Positions 5,928 to 9,129 of a DNA stretch of 9,129 bases are shown here, one piece after another (the first letter of the stretch is position 1; each line of letters begins with the position of its first letter). This DNA comes from a virus (taxonomy: Duplodnaviria; Heunggongvirae; Uroviricota; Caudoviricetes), in IMG/VR virus record IMGVR_UViG_2617270976_000006. One strand, written 5' to 3'. Position numbers and translations under genes: made by a program. The notes beneath the pieces are model-generated. The model ran no database searches. It was not told where the DNA came from and saw nothing but the letters and a program-made list of their open reading frames with translations.

Positions 5928-6179
5928 ATGATGAACATCGAAGAACTGCGTAAAATTTTTTGTGAAGATGGCCTCTATGCTGTGTGCGTTGAAAATGGAA
6001 ATCTTGTTAGTCATTACCGCATTATGTGTTTGCGAAAGAATGGGGCTGCGTTAATTAATTTTGTGGATGCTCGGGTCACGGACGGATTTATCTTGCGCGA
6101 AGGTGAGTTTGTCACTTCATTACAGGCATTGAAAGAGATCGGAATAAAAGCTGGCTTTTCTGCTTTTTCAGGAGAATAA
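5928..6179 (+). CDS. rem: Rem, small prophage protein of unknown function (83 aa)
   Basis: Track ORF translation MMNIEELRKIFCEDGLYAVCVENGNLVSHYRIMCLRKNGAALINFVDARVTDGFILREGEFVTSLQALKEIGIKAGFSAFSGE. GGAAGGA ribosome-binding site 5 nt upstream. A possible promoter (TTGAAG, 18 nt, TAGAAT) lies at 5820..5849. Confidence 0.85.
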   Translation: MMNIEELRKIFCEDGLYAVCVENGNLVSHYRIMCLRKNGAALINFVDARVTDGFILREGEFVTSLQALKEIGIKAGFSAFSGE

Positions 6180-6245
6180 ACTCATCTACAATCTTGCGCG
6201 GGGCTGAACTCCCGCTGAGTAACACCGTGCCACCGGAGAAAACCG

Positions 6246-6524
6246 ATGGCACGCAACGCAAAATATTACAATTCTGATAATTCGCCCGTTCTTGCCTGCA
6301 CGCACGGGCGGTATTCTCACGCATTCAAGTCTGAATGGTTCCAGCACCCTCCATGCACTGCAGAACAGGCCGAATGGCTGATTCATTCTTACCGCAGGCG
6401 CGGGTTCGAGGTTAAGAAAGCTCTCAGTCTCGACTATCGGCACTGGATAATCTCTGTCAGGCTGCCTTATTCCGAACGCCCACCACGTGCGTCCCGCACT
6501 TTCCAGCAACGGATCTGGAGGTAA
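6246..6524 (+). CDS. Hypothetical basic protein (92 aa), immediately upstream of and probably coupled to ydfU
   Basis: Track ORF with GGAG ribosome-binding site 6 nt upstream. Its TAA stop (6522..6524) lies inside the GGAGGT Shine-Dalgarno of the ydfU GTG start (6526). No family recognised. Confidence 0.5.
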   Translation: MARNAKYYNSDNSPVLACTHGRYSHAFKSEWFQHPPCTAEQAEWLIHSYRRRGFEVKKALSLDYRHWIISVRLPYSERPPRASRTFQQRIWR

Positions 6525-6525
6525 C

Positions 6526-7575
6526 GTGCGGGTATTACTTAGACCTGTTCTGGTGCCTGAGCTTGGGCTGGTGGTCCTTAAGCCGGGCCGTGAATCCATA
6601 CAGATATTTCATAATCCTCGAGTGCTGGTGGAACTGGAACCAGAAAGCATGCGTAATCTGCCATCCGGAGTCGTTCCTGCCGTTCGCCAGCCGCTGGCGG
6701 AAGACAAAACATTGCTGCCGTTTTTTAGTAACGAACGGGTGATTCGTGCTGCTGGCGGCGTTGGCGCATTGTCCGACTGGCTATTACGTCATGTTACATC
6801 CTGCCAGTGGCCTAATGGCGATTACCATCACACTGAAACAGTCATTCACCGTTATGGTACCGGCGCAATGGTGTTGTGCTGGCACTGCGACAACCAACTG
6901 CGTGACCAGACATCGGAATCACTGGAGCTGCTTGCTCAACAAAATCTGACAGCATGGGTGATTGACGTCATCCGTCACGCAATAAGCGGTACGCAGGAGC
7001 GGGAATTATCTTTGGCTGAATTATCCTGGTGGGCGGTCTGCAATCAGGTGGTGGATGCACTACCTGAGGCTGTATCGCGTCGTTCGCTGGGATTACCAGC
7101 GGAAAAAATCTGCTCGGTGTACCGCGAAAGCGACATCGTACCGGGAGAGCAGACCGCCACCAGCATATTGAAACAACGCACAAAAAATCTTGCACCGTTG
7201 CCTTACGCCCACCAGCAACAAAAATCACCACAGGAAAAGACGGTGGTAAGCATCACCGTTGATCCAGAGTCTCCGGAATCTTTCATGAAGCTGCCTAAAC
7301 GTCGCCGCTGGGTTAAGGAGAAATACACACGTTGGGTTAAGACACAGCCGTGTGCTTGCTGCGGTATGCCAGCCGACGATCCGCATCATCTGATTGGTCA
7401 CGGGCAGGGCGGAATGGGAACAAAAGCACATGATCTCTTTGTGTTGCCTTTGTGCAGAAAGCATCACAACGAGCTGCATACGGATACAGTGGCATTTGAA
7501 GATAAGTATGGCTCCCAACTGGAGCTGATATTTCGTTTTATCGATCGCGCGCTGGCAATTGGCGTACTGGCGTAA
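6526..7575 (+). CDS. ydfU: YdfU, DUF968-type prophage protein with C-terminal Cys/His HNH-like motif (349 aa from the GTG start)
   Basis: Long track ORF 6487..7575. I prefer the GTG at 6526, which has a strong GGAGGT Shine-Dalgarno 4-5 nt upstream and gives the 349-aa length I recall. C-terminus reads PCACCGMPADDPHHLIGHGQGGMGTKAHDLFVLPLCRKHHNELH. Confidence 0.8.
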   Translation: MRVLLRPVLVPELGLVVLKPGRESIQIFHNPRVLVELEPESMRNLPSGVVPAVRQPLAEDKTLLPFFSNERVIRAAGGVGALSDWLLRHVTSCQWPNGDYHHTETVIHRYGTGAMVLCWHCDNQLRDQTSESLELLAQQNLTAWVIDVIRHAISGTQERELSLAELSWWAVCNQVVDALPEAVSRRSLGLPAEKICSVYRESDIVPGEQTATSILKQRTKNLAPLPYAHQQQKSPQEKTVVSITVDPESPESFMKLPKRRRWVKEKYTRWVKTQPCACCGMPADDPHHLIGHGQGGMGTKAHDLFVLPLCRKHHNELHTDTVAFEDKYGSQLELIFRFIDRALAIGVLA

Positions 7576-7588
7576 GTGGAGAACGAGC

Positions 7589-8341
7589 ATGAACCTTGAA
7601 GCCTTACCAAAATATTACTCCCCAAAATCTCCAAAATTGAGCGATGACGCTCCAGCGACAGGCACCGGTTGTTTAACAATTACGGATGTAATGGCAGCGC
7701 AGGGGATGGTGCAGTCGAAAGCACCACTTGGGTTGGCCTTATTTCTGGCAAAAGTTGGTGTTCAGGACCCTCAGTTTGCGATTGAAGGCCTGCTAAATTA
7801 CGCGATGGCACTGGATAACCCGACATTGAACAAATTGAGTGAAGAAATCCGGTTACAGATTATTCCTTACCTCGTGAGTTTTGCCTTTGCTGATTACTCC
7901 AGGTCTGCGGCAAGTAAGGCTCGCTGTGAGCATTGTTCAGGTACGGGATTTTATAATGTATTGCGCGAAGTGGTGAAACACTACAGACGCGGGGAATCTG
8001 TAATCAAGGAAGAATGGGTGAAGGAACTATGTCAGCATTGCCATGGTAAGGGCGAAGCCAGCACAGCGTGCAGAGGGTGTAAGGGTAAAGGGATTGTTCT
8101 GGATGAAAAAAGAACCCGGTTTCATGGCGTACCGGTATATAAGATTTGTGGGCGTTGTAATGGAAACCGGTTTAGTCGTTTACCGACCACGCTGGCACGA
8201 CGTCATGTCCAGAAGCTGGTACCAGACCTGACCGATTATCAGTGGTATAAGGGGTATGCGGACGTCATTGGTAAACTGGTAACAAAGTGCTGGCAGGAAG
8301 AAGCATACGCGGAAGCGCAATTGAGGAAGGTGACGAGATAA
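7589..8341 (+). CDS. quuQ: QuuQ, Q-like late-gene antiterminator (250 aa) with multiple CxxC zinc-binding motifs
   Basis: Translation MNLEALPKYYSPKSPKLSDDAPATGTG...AQLRKVTR. GGAG Shine-Dalgarno before the ATG at 7589. The track start at 7559 would overlap ydfU. Motifs CEHCSGTG, CQHCHGKG, CRGCKGKG and CGRCNG are present. Confidence 0.9.
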   Translation: MNLEALPKYYSPKSPKLSDDAPATGTGCLTITDVMAAQGMVQSKAPLGLALFLAKVGVQDPQFAIEGLLNYAMALDNPTLNKLSEEIRLQIIPYLVSFAFADYSRSAASKARCEHCSGTGFYNVLREVVKHYRRGESVIKEEWVKELCQHCHGKGEASTACRGCKGKGIVLDEKRTRFHGVPVYKICGRCNGNRFSRLPTTLARRHVQKLVPDLTDYQWYKGYADVIGKLVTKCWQEEAYAEAQLRKVTR

Positions 8342-8372
8342 ATGATTTTTGCTGAAGATGGCGACATGATGT

Positions 8373-8401
8373 TTGCATTTTTCAAAAAATATGGATAAAA
8401 T
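8373..8401 (+). promoter_or_regulatory. Candidate late promoter (PR' analogue, probable QuuQ target): -35 TTGCAT (8373..8378), 17-nt spacer, -10 TAAAAT (8396..8401)
   Basis: Good sigma70 hexamers about 30 nt after the quuQ stop, followed about 50 nt later by an intrinsic terminator. This is the lambdoid PR'/tR' arrangement. Confidence 0.45.
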
Positions 8402-8446
8402 TTTTTCAACGATGGGCTTTGTATACCCGACGTTAAGAAAAAGTAG

Positions 8447-8477
8447 AAAACCCGCTGATGAGCGGGTTTTGTGCTTT
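8447..8477 (+). terminator. Intrinsic terminator (tR' analogue): 10-bp stem AAAACCCGCT/AGCGGGTTTT, GATG loop, then GTGCTTT
   Basis: Hairpin read directly; the A-tract before and T-tract after suggest it could act in both directions. Confidence 0.6.
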
Positions 8478-8615
8478 AAATGGGGCAATGGTAATGTTGA
8501 ATCTCATCCCGGGACTCATGTCTGTTAACTTATTATTTAGCTGGTGACTTGGTTATTTGCCTGATGTTTAAAATGTTTTCTTCCAGTACAATGTCCCTAA
8601 ACACAATGAGTCTGC

Positions 8616-8638
8616 GGTAATGACTCCAACTTATTGAT
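8616..8638. repeat. IS1 terminal inverted repeat (insB-proximal end)
   Basis: GGTAATGACTCCAACTTATTGAT at the junction with prophage DNA. Confidence 0.85.
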
Positions 8639-9008
8639 AGTGTTTTATGTTCAGATAATGCCCGATGACTTTGTCATGCAGCTCCACCGATTTTGAGAAC
8701 GACAGCGACTTCCGTCCCAGCCGTGCCAGGTGCTGCCTCAGATTCAGGTTATGCCGCTCAATTCGCTGCGTATATCGCTTGCTGATTACGTGCAGCTTTC
8801 CCTTCAGGCGGGATTCATACAGCGGCCAGCCATCCGTCATCCATATCACCACGTCAAAGGGTGACAGCAGGCTCATAAGACGCCCCAGCGTCGCCATAGT
8901 GCGTTCACCGAATACGTGCGCAACAACCGTCTTCCGGAGACTGTCATACGCGTAAAACAGCCAGCGCTGGCGCGATTTAGCCCCGACATAGCCCCACTGT
9001 TCGTCCAT
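8631..9008 (-). CDS. insB: IS1 transposase InsB frame (normally expressed as an InsAB' frameshift fusion); ATG-delimited part shown
   Basis: Track ORF translation [125 protein letters not shown]. Confidence 0.9.
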   Translation of the reverse strand: MDEQWGYVGAKSRQRWLFYAYDSLRKTVVAHVFGERTMATLGRLMSLLSPFDVVIWMTDGWPLYESRLKGKLHVISKRYTQRIERHNLNLRQHLARLGRKSLSFSKSVELHDKVIGHYLNIKHYQ

Positions 9009-9052
9009 TTCCGCGCAGACGATGACGTCACTGCCCGGCTGTATGCGCGAGG

Positions 9053-9127
9053 TTACCGACTGCGGCCTGAGTTTTTTAAGTGACGTAAAATCGTGTTGAG
9101 GCCAACGCCCATAATGCGGGCTGTTGC
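9053..9127 (-). CDS. insA: IS1 InsA, 3' fragment (N-terminus beyond the window end)
   Basis: Manual minus-strand translation [24 protein letters not shown] then stop at 9055..9053, matching the InsA C-terminus. Confidence 0.85.
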   Translation of the reverse strand, partial: ATARIMGVGLNTILRHLKNSGRSR

Positions 9128-9129
9128 CC

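Larger units (their letters stand above)
8616..9129 (-). mobile_element. IS1 insertion sequence, partial: the right-end 514 bp are present and the element continues past the window end
   Basis: Terminal sequence GGTAATGACTCCAACTTATTGATAGTG at 8616, InsB coding sequence on the minus strand, and the A6C frameshift motif (TTAAAAAAC on the minus strand, about 9071..9080) all match remembered IS1. Confidence 0.95.

Noticed and set aside
6198-6215. Short hairpin GCGGG-N8-CCCGC between rem and the 92-aa ORF
   Set aside because: Only a 5-bp stem with no U-tract, so it is not a convincing terminator. I left it unannotated.
6487-6525. ATG start at 6487 for ydfU (362-aa version in the track)
   Set aside because: It would overlap the upstream 92-aa ORF by 38 nt and has no ribosome-binding site. 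The GTG at 6526 has a strong GGAGGT Shine-Dalgarno and gives the 349-aa length I recall.
7559-7588. ATG start at 7559 for quuQ (260-aa version in the track)
   Set aside because: It overlaps the ydfU 3' end. The ATG at 7589 has a GGAG ribosome-binding site and gives the expected 250-aa protein.
6112-7679. Minus-strand track ORFs 6112..6324, 6186..6599, 6968..7231, 7225..7590 and 7464..7679, and plus-strand 6746..6949
   Set aside because: Antisense to, or out of frame within, rem, the 92-aa ORF, ydfU and quuQ. Their Arg/Pro-rich translations are typical of reverse-strand artefacts.
8342-8398. 18-codon mini-ORF (MIFAEDGDMMFAFFKKYG) starting immediately after the quuQ stop
   Set aside because: It has no ribosome-binding site and overlaps the predicted late promoter, so it is most likely fortuitous.
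8043-8488. Track ORFs 8043..8231 (+) and 8180..8488 (-)
   Set aside because: The first is an alternative frame inside quuQ. The second is antisense across the quuQ 3' end and the late promoter and terminator, with no supporting signals.
8665-8955. Plus-strand 96-aa ORF inside IS1
   Set aside because: Antisense to the IS1 insB reading frame and not a known IS1 gene.
1-9129. Scan for tRNA genes, CRISPR arrays, integrase or attachment sites
   Set aside because: No cloverleaf-like conserved tRNA motifs, no regularly spaced direct repeats and no integrase-like ORF were seen. The window appears to be internal to the prophage.

Overview
This window is a segment of a Qin/Kim-type cryptic lambdoid prophage of Escherichia coli (or Shigella), in the opposite orientation to the usual K-12 map. 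Reading left to right: (1) the early-left operon on the minus strand, made of a large intact ydfE-like gene that runs off the window start and carries DEDDh-type exonuclease motifs, then ydfD (lysis protein) and dicB (cell-division inhibitor) joined by an ATGA overlap; (2) the immunity switch, dicA (repressor, minus) and dicC (Cro-like, plus), with divergent promoters and three TTAG-N6-CTAA palindromes; (3) a ydfX-like ORF and flxA with a near-consensus sigma28 promoter; (4) a roughly 500 bp region holding only the doubtful ORF ydfV; (5) the relB-relE-hokD toxin-antitoxin operon with its operator and a strong UUCG-loop terminator; (6) rem, a 92-aa unassigned ORF, ydfU and the Q-like antiterminator quuQ; (7) a late-promoter-plus-terminator module; (8) an IS1 copy that starts at 8616 and runs off the window end. 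Compared with K-12 as I recall it, ydfA-ydfB-ydfC-dicF are missing between dicA and dicB, ydfE is intact rather than truncated, and IS1 replaces whatever followed the late promoter. Gene names come from recognising the translated proteins and from gene order; no database search was run. The most interesting item is the ydfE-like exonuclease fusion protein.
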